The translations under genes and the position numbers were made by a program. Below, piece by piece: positions 37,109 to 46,436 of a stretch of DNA of 64,000 bases. The notes beneath the pieces are model-generated. The model saw only the letters and a program-made list of their open reading frames with translations. It made no database searches and had not been told where the DNA came from. Numbering within the stretch: position 1 is the stretch's first letter; each line of letters opens with the position of its first letter. This stretch comes from a virus, in IMG/VR virus record IMGVR_UViG_3300045988_016718; one strand, 5' to 3'.

Positions 37109-37552
37109 TTAACCAATTATATGTTTATATTTTTCATAAGTGGCTCTTATGACTTCTTCACCTATTGGATTCTCTCTTTTGGAGTCTCTCTCAATACAAA
37201 CCTCAAGAGGAGTAAAGAAGTCCTTATACTCTATAATATAATGCTTACAAGAATCATCTTCAAACCTATCATGATGAGCTGCCATATCTCTATAGGCTAC
37301 ATACTCATGGCTACTTAAGTTCATATTATCTATAACTATATCGTAACCATCATCCATAGCTTTATGTACAAAAGAGTCTCTTAAGAATCTTACAAGACTT
37401 TCCCTTGATGTAACCCAATATTTACCAAGCATATTTCTGATGTCATCATTGTTGAATCTTACTCTATGCTCTGGGTCTTCAAGCACCCATTTTCTAGCCC
37501 AAGTAGACTTACCACTACCTTGTATTCCTCTACATAATATAATCTTAGGCAT
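37109..37552 (-). CDS. P-loop kinase resembling the T4 polynucleotide kinase (Pnk) kinase domain
   Basis: The ATG at 37552 gives 'MPKIILCRGIQGSGKSTWARKW..FNNDDIRNML'. 'VIDNMNL' and 'ERDSKR' parallel the T4 Pnk N-terminal kinase domain. No phosphatase domain is present. Confidence 0.65.
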   Translation of the reverse strand: MPKIILCRGIQGSGKSTWARKWVLEDPEHRVRFNNDDIRNMLGKYWVTSRESLVRFLRDSFVHKAMDDGYDIVIDNMNLSSHEYVAYRDMAAHHDRFEDDSCKHYIIEYKDFFTPLEVCIERDSKRENPIGEEVIRATYEKYKHIIG

Positions 37553-37880
37553 TGTCACACTTCTTTTGATTGTCCATCCACATGACAGTCATCACACAGT
37601 AGTTAGCCATATCAAGTAATGTGTCTCTGATAGACTCATCCTTAACTAATGCTTCCTCACCTTTGGACAACTTCTTGAATCTTAACCACTTATCACCTAG
37701 TCTGATTCTTGCAGCAGCAAGACCTTCCTCATTACATGACCTTTCAAATGAATTACCATAATCATGATTCTTCTTCACAAAGGTTTCAATCATACCTTTG
37801 ACTATCCCTGTAAAGTCATGTGCTGGACTAGCTAATGTTGCAGTGCTTGTTTCCTCTGCTACCTTTATCATTTCTTCCAT
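37545..37880 (-). CDS. DUF1599-like / MazG-clan all-alpha nucleotide-associated protein (putative)
   Basis: 'KKNHDYGNSFE..GLAAARIRLGDKWLRFKKL..ESIRDTLLDMANYCVM' fits the DUF1599 pattern (K..DYG...R..DK..R...D.l.D..nY). The track start is a TTG at 37907, and I use the first ATG at 37880. The start remains uncertain, because 37871 is also an ATG. Confidence 0.5.
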   Translation of the reverse strand: MEEMIKVAEETSTATLASPAHDFTGIVKGMIETFVKKNHDYGNSFERSCNEEGLAAARIRLGDKWLRFKKLSKGEEALVKDESIRDTLLDMANYCVMTVMWMDNQKKCDNA

Positions 37881-38148
37881 TCTTCTTCCATTGTTTATAT
37901 GTTTCAAACTTGACTATAAAGTCATTTTCTTCTCTCACAAACAGCTGACCTGACTTAAGACTTCTATATGAAATACCTTCAACCCATTTCCTAGTTGTAG
38001 GGTCTTTAATCAGGCACTTCTCACATAGAAAGTACTGATTACCCTTGTATACATATACCTTGGTCTTTTCAAGTTTATCAGCTATAAACCACATAAGGAA
38101 CAGTAGACCTATTAAGCCTACTGTCACTATAGTTGCTATTATAATCAT
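37828..38148 (-). CDS. Small membrane protein (N-terminal TM helix)
   Basis: 106 aa with its ATG 1 nt after the polymerase stop. 'IIIATIVTVGLIGLLFLMWFI' is a TM segment. The 3' end overlaps the next gene by about 50 nt. Confidence 0.5.
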   Translation of the reverse strand: MIIIATIVTVGLIGLLFLMWFIADKLEKTKVYVYKGNQYFLCEKCLIKDPTTRKWVEGISYRSLKSGQLFVREENDFIVKFETYKQWKKNGRNDKGSRGNKHCNIS

Positions 38149-38149
38149 A

Positions 38150-40540
38150 TCAATGAATCCAAAATTTACCTACTTCTGCTTCAGCAGGAATAGGAAGTTT
38201 AGTACAAAATACACCTGCTGCTTCTTCCATAAAGAACTTAAGTTTATCTGCTATTTCTGGCATAGATTCAGGATACTCAATACATGCTTCATCATGCACT
38301 AAATTTACTATCTTAACTATTCCAAGCAGGTTGTTTTCAACAATCCATTTAAAGAAGTTAGTCATAGCATATTTAAGTATGATAATGCCTGTGCCCTGTG
38401 TAGGTGAATTAAGACCTAATCTACCCCATTTACTAACAGCCTTGAAGTGAAGAGATACTCTTCTTTTCATCCAAGTCTTATGAAATTCATCACCAAGTTC
38501 TTCCTTCTTTCTTCTATATTCATCCCAGAAGTCACTGTCAAATTTAGCACCTTCAATTAACCAATATGAATGGTCACTCCAGTACACCTTATGTCCAGTT
38601 AAAGGATTAATAAGAATATACCCATTCTTCTTTACAGACTCTAAAGCTCTCTTACCAAAGGCAGTTACCCCCGGAAAACCCTTATCATAAGCATCACCAA
38701 TCTTGTCAGCTTCCTCTATTGGGATACCTAAAGAATCTGCAATTGAAGAGGAGCCACCACCAAACTGTTTAGCAAACTCTGGTGCTTTGGCTTTCTTTCT
38801 TAAATCAGGTCTTTTCTTCTTGATATCCTTAACTTCAATACCCTTAAGTTCTTCAGGAAAACATGCCTTGGCTACCAGAGAATGCATATCACCTGAACCA
38901 TGAACAAACTCATGAATCATTGACTTCTCATTATAAATGTCAGCCCCTAATCTTGATTCAAGTGCACTATAGTCACAACTACAGAATAGGTTTCCTTCCT
39001 CACATATAAAACAACTTCTTGTTCTATTGTTGCCCGGCAAATTCTGTACTTGAGGATAAGCACATTTGAGCTTATTGTTCTTGGTATTAAGTGGTAGCTT
39101 CTTTAGCCTAGCCAAGTCAGTGTTAACCTTTTGAGAACCACATGACATTCTGCCTGATGATGCACCAAGTTGCTTGAATACAGTATGTATCCTTCCTGTC
39201 TTAGGATTAATAGCATTAAGGTATGATTGTCCATAAGTAGAACATACCTTATCAGCTTCCTTATAGTCAAAGTAGACCTTAAGGAAAGCATCATTAATGC
39301 CCTTTTGTTTGGATAGTACCTTTTCAAGTGCTGAATCAGCTTCTTCTCCTGTGCTCTTACTGATGATTGTAGTGTTGAATCCAAGTGTCTTAAGAATAGG
39401 AACAACTTGTCTTGAACTATCCCAGTTAATCACACATATTGGTTCAGTATTAAAGCCTGAAAACAAGTCACCTTGCCTGTTTATCATAACATATTTACTA
39501 GGGAGTCTCTTCTTAATCTTACATTTGTAAGCTTCAAATTGTGCTCCACAAGAATCTGTTATGTCAAGCTCTGGTGCTCTAAGTTCATTCTTAAATGACT
39601 TTCTTTCATCTTCTATATCATCTTCCTCTTTGTCAGACAATGATATATAGGCTGTGAAATACTCCTTACCAGTACATGAACTGACTATGAAGTCATTAAG
39701 TGAACTAAGAAACACTTTCTGAATCACTTCATCAAATACCATCTTCTTCTTCCACTTGACTTCATCAAGTTTAATACCACACCATTCAAGATAAGATATA
39801 ACAGGCACAAATTCACATTCAAGTCTTGCCCCATTAAGTAAGCCCTTAGCTCTAAGGACCTCAACCTGTTTGTTCATTATAGCCCCAAGATACATGACAT
39901 CTCCTGCTGCATATTTAATGACAGAAGTATCAATACCTCTCCATATAATTTCACCTCTGACTGTCTTGTCAATATCTATTCCTAGATACCTGTAAGCAAT
40001 AGCCTTTAAGGATGCTCCTGAATGGTTGTATATAAACTCTGCTACATCAGGTACATTGTTATACAGTAATGCTTTCTTTGTATCAGAGTCAAGCTTGTCA
40101 TATCCTTCATAGTTATAGGCAAAGTCACAATATTGGTTCATTGTTTCATTGTCCATACCTACTAGAAAGAATGGATAACCAAGATAGATTAACTGTTCCA
40201 CAATCATAGTATCATAGCATTGAGTAACTATTATACCATAATTAAAGAGAAACTGTAAGTCAAACTTTAGATTCTGACCTATCATAAAATGAGTCTCAAT
40301 GTACTCTTTGTATACCAAAGGAGAAATAGTGGTAACATCTACCACTATTTGATTCTCCCCTTCAATATCTCCAAATTGCATCATCAAAACATCATTAATA
40401 TGTACATCCCTGCCATTAGTTTCAGTATCAAACTGAAACATATTCCAAGCAGACAGCATTCTTAATGATTCCTCTACACTTATCTTGGTATAGGCATCAT
40501 CAGTGAATAGTTCAGATTGACCACTTACAAAATAAATCAT
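38150..40540 (-). CDS. Family A DNA polymerase with 3'-5' exonuclease domain
   Basis: 796 aa. The motifs are Exo I 'FDTETNG', motif A 'CDYSALESRLGA', motif B 'RKKAKAPEFAKQFGGG' and motif C 'LVHDEACIE'. Confidence 0.9.
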   Translation of the reverse strand: MIYFVSGQSELFTDDAYTKISVEESLRMLSAWNMFQFDTETNGRDVHINDVLMMQFGDIEGENQIVVDVTTISPLVYKEYIETHFMIGQNLKFDLQFLFNYGIIVTQCYDTMIVEQLIYLGYPFFLVGMDNETMNQYCDFAYNYEGYDKLDSDTKKALLYNNVPDVAEFIYNHSGASLKAIAYRYLGIDIDKTVRGEIIWRGIDTSVIKYAAGDVMYLGAIMNKQVEVLRAKGLLNGARLECEFVPVISYLEWCGIKLDEVKWKKKMVFDEVIQKVFLSSLNDFIVSSCTGKEYFTAYISLSDKEEDDIEDERKSFKNELRAPELDITDSCGAQFEAYKCKIKKRLPSKYVMINRQGDLFSGFNTEPICVINWDSSRQVVPILKTLGFNTTIISKSTGEEADSALEKVLSKQKGINDAFLKVYFDYKEADKVCSTYGQSYLNAINPKTGRIHTVFKQLGASSGRMSCGSQKVNTDLARLKKLPLNTKNNKLKCAYPQVQNLPGNNRTRSCFICEEGNLFCSCDYSALESRLGADIYNEKSMIHEFVHGSGDMHSLVAKACFPEELKGIEVKDIKKKRPDLRKKAKAPEFAKQFGGGSSSIADSLGIPIEEADKIGDAYDKGFPGVTAFGKRALESVKKNGYILINPLTGHKVYWSDHSYWLIEGAKFDSDFWDEYRRKKEELGDEFHKTWMKRRVSLHFKAVSKWGRLGLNSPTQGTGIIILKYAMTNFFKWIVENNLLGIVKIVNLVHDEACIEYPESMPEIADKLKFFMEEAAGVFCTKLPIPAEAEVGKFWIH

Positions 40541-40807
40541 TTATTCAAATGTTACACTATAACCCTTCCCCATGATATGAACAATAGACTTGACAACTGC
40601 ATCAGCTTCTTCAAGTCTCTCACCTTCAACTATCATTGGTCCACCTGATGGGTCTATGAATTTCTTGCCACCTGCCATGCCAGACCTTATCATTTGGTCA
40701 CTAGTCTTTAACAGGTAAGTCTTTGATTCTTCTCCATTAGGTTTCTTCAATAGTTTAAGGGTATTATTCTCACCATACCTTGAGTTAAGTTTGATTAATT
40801 CTTTCAT
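40541..40807 (-). CDS. Hypothetical protein
   Basis: 88-aa ORF packed directly against the polymerase start. No motif was recognised. Confidence 0.55.
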   Translation of the reverse strand: MKELIKLNSRYGENNTLKLLKKPNGEESKTYLLKTSDQMIRSGMAGGKKFIDPSGGPMIVEGERLEEADAVVKSIVHIMGKGYSVTFE

Positions 40808-41313
40808 GTTGTTGAGTAGGCTACCAGTTCATCAAAATCAATCACATATTTGTACTTTTGAAAGAAGCTATTACCTAATACACCATGCAGGTTTACTCCA
40901 CTTTCTTCCTTAATCATACCAAAGGTATTACTTAAATCAAGTACTTGGAACATATCAGCATAATCCACTCCTTTATACTTTAAATCTATACTGACATAAC
41001 TGACTTCAACTTGTGCACCACCTGCACCATATACAGTACCTTCAAGGTTAAGCTTTGTATGTTCAATAGTATCAAGTAAGTTACTATCTATGATACAATA
41101 ATTAGCACCAGTATCAAGCAAGAAGTTCAACTTCTTACTACCTACTTGAAAGGTAATAATTGGCAGGTCTACCAAGTCCATAGTCTCTCTGAAAGAAATC
41201 TTTCCTGCTGGGTCAATATTCTTTCTATGTCTAGCTTTTTCAACAATGTATGCAATTGCTGCAATAGCAAGCACTAACAACACTGTGAATATCAGTTTAT
41301 AAATAAACTCCAT
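40804..41313 (-). CDS. Membrane-anchored retropepsin-like aspartic protease
   Basis: 169 aa with an N-terminal TM helix ('LIFTVLLVLAIAAIAYIV'). This is followed by 'KLNFLLDTGANYCIIDS' (DTGA active site) and the 'GVLGNSFFQKYKYVIDF' pattern typical of clan AA single-lobe proteases. Confidence 0.7.
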   Translation of the reverse strand: MEFIYKLIFTVLLVLAIAAIAYIVEKARHRKNIDPAGKISFRETMDLVDLPIITFQVGSKKLNFLLDTGANYCIIDSNLLDTIEHTKLNLEGTVYGAGGAQVEVSYVSIDLKYKGVDYADMFQVLDLSNTFGMIKEESGVNLHGVLGNSFFQKYKYVIDFDELVAYSTT

Positions 41314-41334
41314 GTTTTCATTTCTGTTTATAGT

Positions 41335-41799
41335 TTAGTTAGTACTTCCTATACCACCTCTTGAATTATTGCCAAGATGGTCTACTTGTACTAGCTCTAC
41401 CTTATTACTAAATACCCATTTAAGCTTCTGCCATGCAGTTGCAAATTGGGAGGGAACAATCTCAAATTGACAAATCCTAGTACCTTTGGGTATAGTGGTT
41501 GCCTTAATAGCAAGTAATGGAGCCTTCCATTCATCTTCATCACCATTATAAGTATTATCAATAATACCTATACTATTGGCAATCTGCACATTCCATTTAC
41601 TTGGTGTGCTACTCCTACTATATACTTTAGCAATCATACCTTTTGGTAACTCCATTGCTACACCTAGTTTAGCCACATAAAGTTCACCTTTCTTCAAGGT
41701 TACATCTTCTGCTAATACTAAGTCAAAGCAATCTGATTTGTCTCCTTCTACTCGTATGGGCATACAGCCCAATGTTATCTCTTTAACTTTTACTTTCAT
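41335..41799 (-). CDS. dut: dUTP diphosphatase
   Basis: 154 aa. 'YSRSSTPSKW', 'IGIIDNTYNGDEDEW' and the C-terminal 'NSRGGIGSTN' correspond to dUTPase motifs 2, 3 and 5. Confidence 0.85.
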   Translation of the reverse strand: MKVKVKEITLGCMPIRVEGDKSDCFDLVLAEDVTLKKGELYVAKLGVAMELPKGMIAKVYSRSSTPSKWNVQIANSIGIIDNTYNGDEDEWKAPLLAIKATTIPKGTRICQFEIVPSQFATAWQKLKWVFSNKVELVQVDHLGNNSRGGIGSTN

Positions 41800-42253
41800 T
41801 CCAAAACCTATTTGTTATATCTATTAATTCTCCTTTACTAATCTTGTACATTCTCTGGTTAGTATTAGGGTTATTAAGTGGTCCATATTCTTCATCATAA
41901 TGACCCAACTTGATGTAATCAAAATTACTAATGTAAATATGTTCACTTAACTCATCTCTTCCACTATACCATGCAACCTTCAATGACGGAAAACACTTTC
42001 TAACAAATTCTGCTAACCCATCTATCCTAACAGTATCATTATCTCCACCCATAAAAGAAACACAAGTAATGCCTTGATTCTTCTTAATGAGATATTCCAG
42101 AACATCAAGTGTTAGGACTTTTCCAATATCCTCTGCCAAGTAAGAGCTATGACAGCCTTTGCAGTTATTTTTACACCCTGTAATGTTGATGCAAAGAGTA
42201 ACTTCATCAGGAACCTCAGCAAATGTCACTTTCGTATCTAAATACTTCAACAT
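41783..42253 (-). CDS. nrdG: Anaerobic ribonucleotide reductase activating protein (radical SAM)
   Basis: 156 aa. 'ITGCKNNCKGCHS' is the Cx3Cx2C cluster. It is encoded downstream of nrdD. Confidence 0.85.
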   Translation of the reverse strand: MLKYLDTKVTFAEVPDEVTLCINITGCKNNCKGCHSSYLAEDIGKVLTLDVLEYLIKKNQGITCVSFMGGDNDTVRIDGLAEFVRKCFPSLKVAWYSGRDELSEHIYISNFDYIKLGHYDEEYGPLNNPNTNQRMYKISKGELIDITNRFWNESKS

Positions 42254-42935
42254 ACTTTTTAATTAATTTGTAATTCTCTATAGACAAGGAACATTCTTTC
42301 ATTAAGATGTCAAGATACTTCATATCTTCATTTCTCTTATAGTTCCTAGCTTCCTCTAAGGTTTTGAAGTTCTTATTAATCTTAAGGAACTTCCTTCTTA
42401 ATCTAACACAATATGTATTACGAGGAGTAAGATATATTCCCTTGCCTATAGTTGAAATGAATACATTAGCTTCTGGAGGTAGGAGAATACAAGTATCAGG
42501 TGAATAAGTTTTATGAAGTCCTAATATGAGAGACTTGCAATCTTTGTCTAATTCAAGACTGTAGTCCCCCATACATTCCTTCTCATACCAGTTTCTAAAG
42601 TTTGAATAAACCTTAAAATCATCTGACACTGTAACTCCTTTACCTCCATAAGTATCATAGGCAAAACTCTTTGGGTCATAACATCTTCTTGCCATATTTT
42701 TCCAAACATTATAGATGTGTCTGTTGATATTAGATTCATCACAAATGAATCCATTCTCATCTCTTTTATCTGGATTAGACACAGTACCATATTGAGCACT
42801 ATCTAATCTAAAATACAGCTTTCTATCATACCCATCAAAGTGTCCTACATAATAATACCTATTCCTTACCTTCTTTGTTGATTTGCCTTCTATCACCAAG
42901 ACATCACCGCAATTTTGTAAAATTTTATTTTCCAT
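42216..42935 (-). CDS. AP2-domain DNA-binding protein, free-standing homing-endonuclease-like gene
   Basis: 239 aa. 'IYNVWKNMARRCYDPKSFAYDTYGGKGVTVSDDF' is a motif I recall from phage HNH/AP2-type proteins. The C-terminal 'KGIYLTPRNTYCVRLRRKFLKINKNFKTLEEARNY' fits the AP2 pattern. The gene is inserted between nrdD and nrdG and has its own promoter. No nuclease catalytic motif was identified. Confidence 0.45.
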   Translation of the reverse strand: MENKILQNCGDVLVIEGKSTKKVRNRYYYVGHFDGYDRKLYFRLDSAQYGTVSNPDKRDENGFICDESNINRHIYNVWKNMARRCYDPKSFAYDTYGGKGVTVSDDFKVYSNFRNWYEKECMGDYSLELDKDCKSLILGLHKTYSPDTCILLPPEANVFISTIGKGIYLTPRNTYCVRLRRKFLKINKNFKTLEEARNYKRNEDMKYLDILMKECSLSIENYKLIKKYVEVFRYESDIC

Positions 42936-42949
42936 ACTAAATCAATTTT

Positions 42950-42984
42950 GATGCAAAGTTACTAAAAATAATGCAAATAACAAA
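42950..42984 (-). promoter_or_regulatory. Bacteroidota-type promoter (-33 TTTG / -7 TAACTTTG)
   Basis: The minus strand reads TTTGTTATTTGCATTATTTTTAGTAACTTTGCATC. This is an exact TTTG, a 19-nt spacer and TAnnTTTG, 19 nt upstream of the ATG at 42935. Confidence 0.6.
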
Positions 42985-43001
42985 ATTATAGGGACAGATT
43001 A

Positions 43002-45146
43002 TTATACACTTTTACTATATACTCTTTGAGTAGCATCCCAATACCTTCCCTTATCATAACCATCAATAGGTCTTAAGAATCCTACCACTCTAGTCCAAAC
43101 TCTCATAGGATGTCCACACTTAGGGCAACTGTCCATAGGATATTTGGCTATAAAGTGACATTCCTCATTAGTACACTCACTGTTTGGTATGTTATAAGTA
43201 AAGTATGAAGTACCTTTCTTGGCAGCATAATCCATTAGTGTAAGATATTGAGACTTACTCAAATGTTCCTCAAGATTACAATGTAATCCTACACCACCAT
43301 CCAATAATTCTGTGAACTCTTTACCATGTAACCTGAACCTGTCAAGTACACTAGTATGAGGGTTCCAAGCATTATAGAAGTAACTGTTATAAATCTTGGT
43401 GTCTTCTGGTACCCAGTATCCATCTTCTTTATCCCAGTTATAGTTCTTGGAGCTTAAGCCTTCAGCAGGAACCAGTTCAGTATTGAACTTGAACTTCTTG
43501 CTATTGTGTAGCTTGTTCTGTTCACTGATAGTACCTGTAATAAGTCTACAGAACTCCTTATATTCTTCATTGTAACCTACCTCAATTCCAAAGTATCTTG
43601 CTGCCTCATTTATACCATTAATACCAATAGTACAGAACAAGTCTTTCATACCAATATATCCAGCAGTTGAAGCATTGAACATACCTCTTTCCTCCCATTC
43701 ATATAGAATAGTCTTATATGCTGTATGATACTTATATACTCTCTCAAGAATACTAACTAGATAGTCTCTAATGAATGAAGTATTCTCCTTCCATCCTCCA
43801 TGTAGACCGTATTCTTTTGTACAGTCTTGTACAATTCTGTTTAGGTTGAGGGTAATCACATTACAACTACCTGTCTTAACACCAGTAAGACCATTGGTGA
43901 AACTGAATACATTCTCTTCAATCTCATTCCTTAATCTACAACATGATGCAAGACCATTAGGGTTATCACTTATATAGACAAAGAATGAGTGTCCTTCACT
44001 GTGCATTTCTGCTGTAAAGTCCTTATATTCTTCATCCAGATAATTACCTTTCTTATCAGTCAAAAGTGCCATAGTTTCAACAGGGAAAGTAAGCATAGCT
44101 TTAGTTCTTTCTCTATTAAACCATTTCATGAACTTCTTCTGTAGATAGGATACTCTTTCCCATGAAGGCTGTGTGCCATCAGGGAAGTAGAAGTTCTCAA
44201 ACAGAGCCTTCCAGTACTCCTTATCATAATAAGAAATGTTGGTAAATGGTGACTGCCAACCCCTATTCTGTGCAGGTTGATTGATGTAATATACAATAGT
44301 CTGAAAGGCAGCTTCAATCTTCTGTCCTATTGTCTTTCTATCTCTTACATGCTCTGAATCTGCATATACTTGCTCCTTCAAATGATAGTCTTCACCATAG
44401 TCCTTGACACAATAATAGTCAAAGTAATTGAAGAACTCACCAAAGGCTACTGCACCTTTACATTGTGCTGAAAGAAGGAACACCAGATTGTTAAATTGAC
44501 CACAGAAGCTAGACAGATGATTGGCTATCTTAGGAGTCACACCATCCATATCCTTGATGCCGTTACTTATCAATGGATATAATGAAACAGCTTCACAATA
44601 GTTCTTAGGTACTGCTGAACTGGCTTCATCATGAATATAAATGATGTGGTGCTCTATATCCTTCTCATACTGTTTGGCTACATCAGGAAACATGACATTG
44701 AGTTTCTCCTTCATTCTGGCTCTCTGAATGATTCTATTCTTAACCTTAGGTACTTCAGATTCAAGAGTGACTACATTCTTCATGGATATATTGGCATTGG
44801 CATCTGTCTCTGATGATGCTGCTGCATTCTCTGTAGACTTGCTATATTTCTCCATATAATCCAATCTGTCTTTAATCTCTCTTGCTTCCTTATGTCTTTC
44901 CCTATAGATGATATAAGATTTGGCTGCTTCAAAATGATTGTCATTCATCAGAATCTGCTCAATCTTGTCTTGAATCTCTTCAACATTGATGTTATCTTTG
45001 TTTGTAAGACCCAAGATGTTAGGTATCATTAGGTTAAGATATTCAGGCATTAATTGCCCAACAGAGTTAAATGCCTTAGTTACTGCAATGAGTATCTTGT
45101 CAAGGTTAAACTCTTCAATTGTTCCATCTCTTTTTGTTACTAACAT
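43002..45146 (-). CDS. nrdD: Anaerobic ribonucleoside-triphosphate reductase (class III)
   Basis: 714 aa with an N-terminal ATP-cone-like 'MLVTKRDGTIEEFNLDKILIAV'. The C-terminus has a Zn ribbon 'CTNEECHF..CPKCGH' and the glycyl-radical motif 'TRVVGFLRP'. Confidence 0.9.
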   Translation of the reverse strand: MLVTKRDGTIEEFNLDKILIAVTKAFNSVGQLMPEYLNLMIPNILGLTNKDNINVEEIQDKIEQILMNDNHFEAAKSYIIYRERHKEAREIKDRLDYMEKYSKSTENAAASSETDANANISMKNVVTLESEVPKVKNRIIQRARMKEKLNVMFPDVAKQYEKDIEHHIIYIHDEASSAVPKNYCEAVSLYPLISNGIKDMDGVTPKIANHLSSFCGQFNNLVFLLSAQCKGAVAFGEFFNYFDYYCVKDYGEDYHLKEQVYADSEHVRDRKTIGQKIEAAFQTIVYYINQPAQNRGWQSPFTNISYYDKEYWKALFENFYFPDGTQPSWERVSYLQKKFMKWFNRERTKAMLTFPVETMALLTDKKGNYLDEEYKDFTAEMHSEGHSFFVYISDNPNGLASCCRLRNEIEENVFSFTNGLTGVKTGSCNVITLNLNRIVQDCTKEYGLHGGWKENTSFIRDYLVSILERVYKYHTAYKTILYEWEERGMFNASTAGYIGMKDLFCTIGINGINEAARYFGIEVGYNEEYKEFCRLITGTISEQNKLHNSKKFKFNTELVPAEGLSSKNYNWDKEDGYWVPEDTKIYNSYFYNAWNPHTSVLDRFRLHGKEFTELLDGGVGLHCNLEEHLSKSQYLTLMDYAAKKGTSYFTYNIPNSECTNEECHFIAKYPMDSCPKCGHPMRVWTRVVGFLRPIDGYDKGRYWDATQRVYSKSV

Positions 45147-46174
45147 GTCTCTAGTTTAATTTTCATTATACAACCATTTGCAAGTGCTTCCTTACTGTAC
45201 CTAGTGGAATTATTCTGATAATATACAAGGTCTGTGAGTATCTTTCTCCAATCCCTTAGTATATTACCGTTAGAATCCTTAAGGTCAACTTCACCAAAGT
45301 TTCCATCAAATTCCCATATCAATGGAGCCACAGTCCTTCTGTTAATGACTATGAATTGATAGTATGCTATCTTGAAGTCCTTGAAGTATTCATCTTGTGC
45401 TATTACCTGTGATAATATGTAACTGTACAACTTAGCCTGTATGTCATATCTCCATTGACTGAATGAGCCATTAAACTCCTCTTCAGGATGCCCAGTAGTC
45501 TTTAGGTCTATGGGATATATAACCTTGTTTCTATGGTCTACAATAAGTTCATCAAACATACATCTTACAGGTATACCATTATAGGTAGCCTTAAATTTCA
45601 ACTGAAAGACCTTCTCAATATCTTTCACAAAGGGATTCATGGTGAAGAATGAACTTGTGGCAACATTGTTCCTTAGTTCTTCAACACACCTGATAACATC
45701 TTGATAGTCATCAGTTGAGAGTACAGTCTTACCTTCTGCAAGTGTAAGTAAGTTGTAATACTCATTACAGCTTTCCTTGACATTCTTGACCCTGTATGCT
45801 GCATACTTTGGATTAGCATAGTAATTATTAGCCAGAGCCACCATGTCTATATCTGAATCAGGTATTGTATCTACCTTCCTATGTGTCTCTTTAAACTTCC
45901 TATGCAGTTCCTTTGTAATAGCAATAAGGCTATCAGATAAGCTTGGAAACTCACATACTACATAATTCTCATAGAAGGCATCTTCACCATCAGTTAACAT
46001 GGTATCAACTGCTGAACCAAACTGTAATGATGGAGTATCTATCTTATCATAAAGACTTGATAACTTCCTGAAACCTTCTCTTTCAAATCTGCTTAATGTA
46101 GAGTAACTTATTGCAGGGTCAGCCCTATATTCAGGTTCTGAAACATTCCATGCTATTTCTTTAATACTCTTCAT
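45140..46174 (-). CDS. PD-(D/E)XK family exonuclease (RecB/Cas4-like fold)
   Basis: 'CMFDELIVDHRNKVIYPIDLKTTG' (D..D/ExK) and 'IQAKLYSY' (QxxxY). The track start at 46219 is a TTG, and ATGs occur at 46216, 46210 and 46174. I chose 46174 ('MKSIKEIAWN') because it gives the least overlap, but the start is uncertain. Confidence 0.7.
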   Translation of the reverse strand: MKSIKEIAWNVSEPEYRADPAISYSTLSRFEREGFRKLSSLYDKIDTPSLQFGSAVDTMLTDGEDAFYENYVVCEFPSLSDSLIAITKELHRKFKETHRKVDTIPDSDIDMVALANNYYANPKYAAYRVKNVKESCNEYYNLLTLAEGKTVLSTDDYQDVIRCVEELRNNVATSSFFTMNPFVKDIEKVFQLKFKATYNGIPVRCMFDELIVDHRNKVIYPIDLKTTGHPEEEFNGSFSQWRYDIQAKLYSYILSQVIAQDEYFKDFKIAYYQFIVINRRTVAPLIWEFDGNFGEVDLKDSNGNILRDWRKILTDLVYYQNNSTRYSKEALANGCIMKIKLETC

Positions 46175-46436
46175 ATTCTTCCTCACTTGGCAGTTGTAGT
46201 TGTTCAACATAAACATCAACTTCTGCCTTTAATTTCTTCAACTCCCACAGGTCAACCTTAAGGTATTCTTCCTTTGGATTATCACCTCTGACATTCTTAT
46301 TTACTCTAAAGATTGCAGAGTCCACTAGTTCTTGTAAAGACTCAAATTGTCTTTCACTGATAAACCTTTCTCCCAGAGGTATATCACTCTCTGGCAGATT
46401 GTTTATCAACTTCCTCATTCTGTCTACTGCCGCCAT
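46161..46436 (-). CDS. Hypothetical protein
   Basis: 91-aa ORF with an ATG start (an alternative ATG lies at 46418). It overlaps both neighbours. Confidence 0.5.
   Translation of the reverse strand: MAAVDRMRKLINNLPESDIPLGERFISERQFESLQELVDSAIFRVNKNVRGDNPKEEYLKVDLWELKKLKAEVDVYVEQLQLPSEEEYEEY

Noticed and set aside
42216-42935. Reading 'GKGIYLTPRNTY' as a GIY-YIG nuclease motif.
   Set aside because: There is no YIG element, and no downstream Arg/Glu/Asn catalytic residues in register. The segment fits the first strand of an AP2 DNA-binding domain better.
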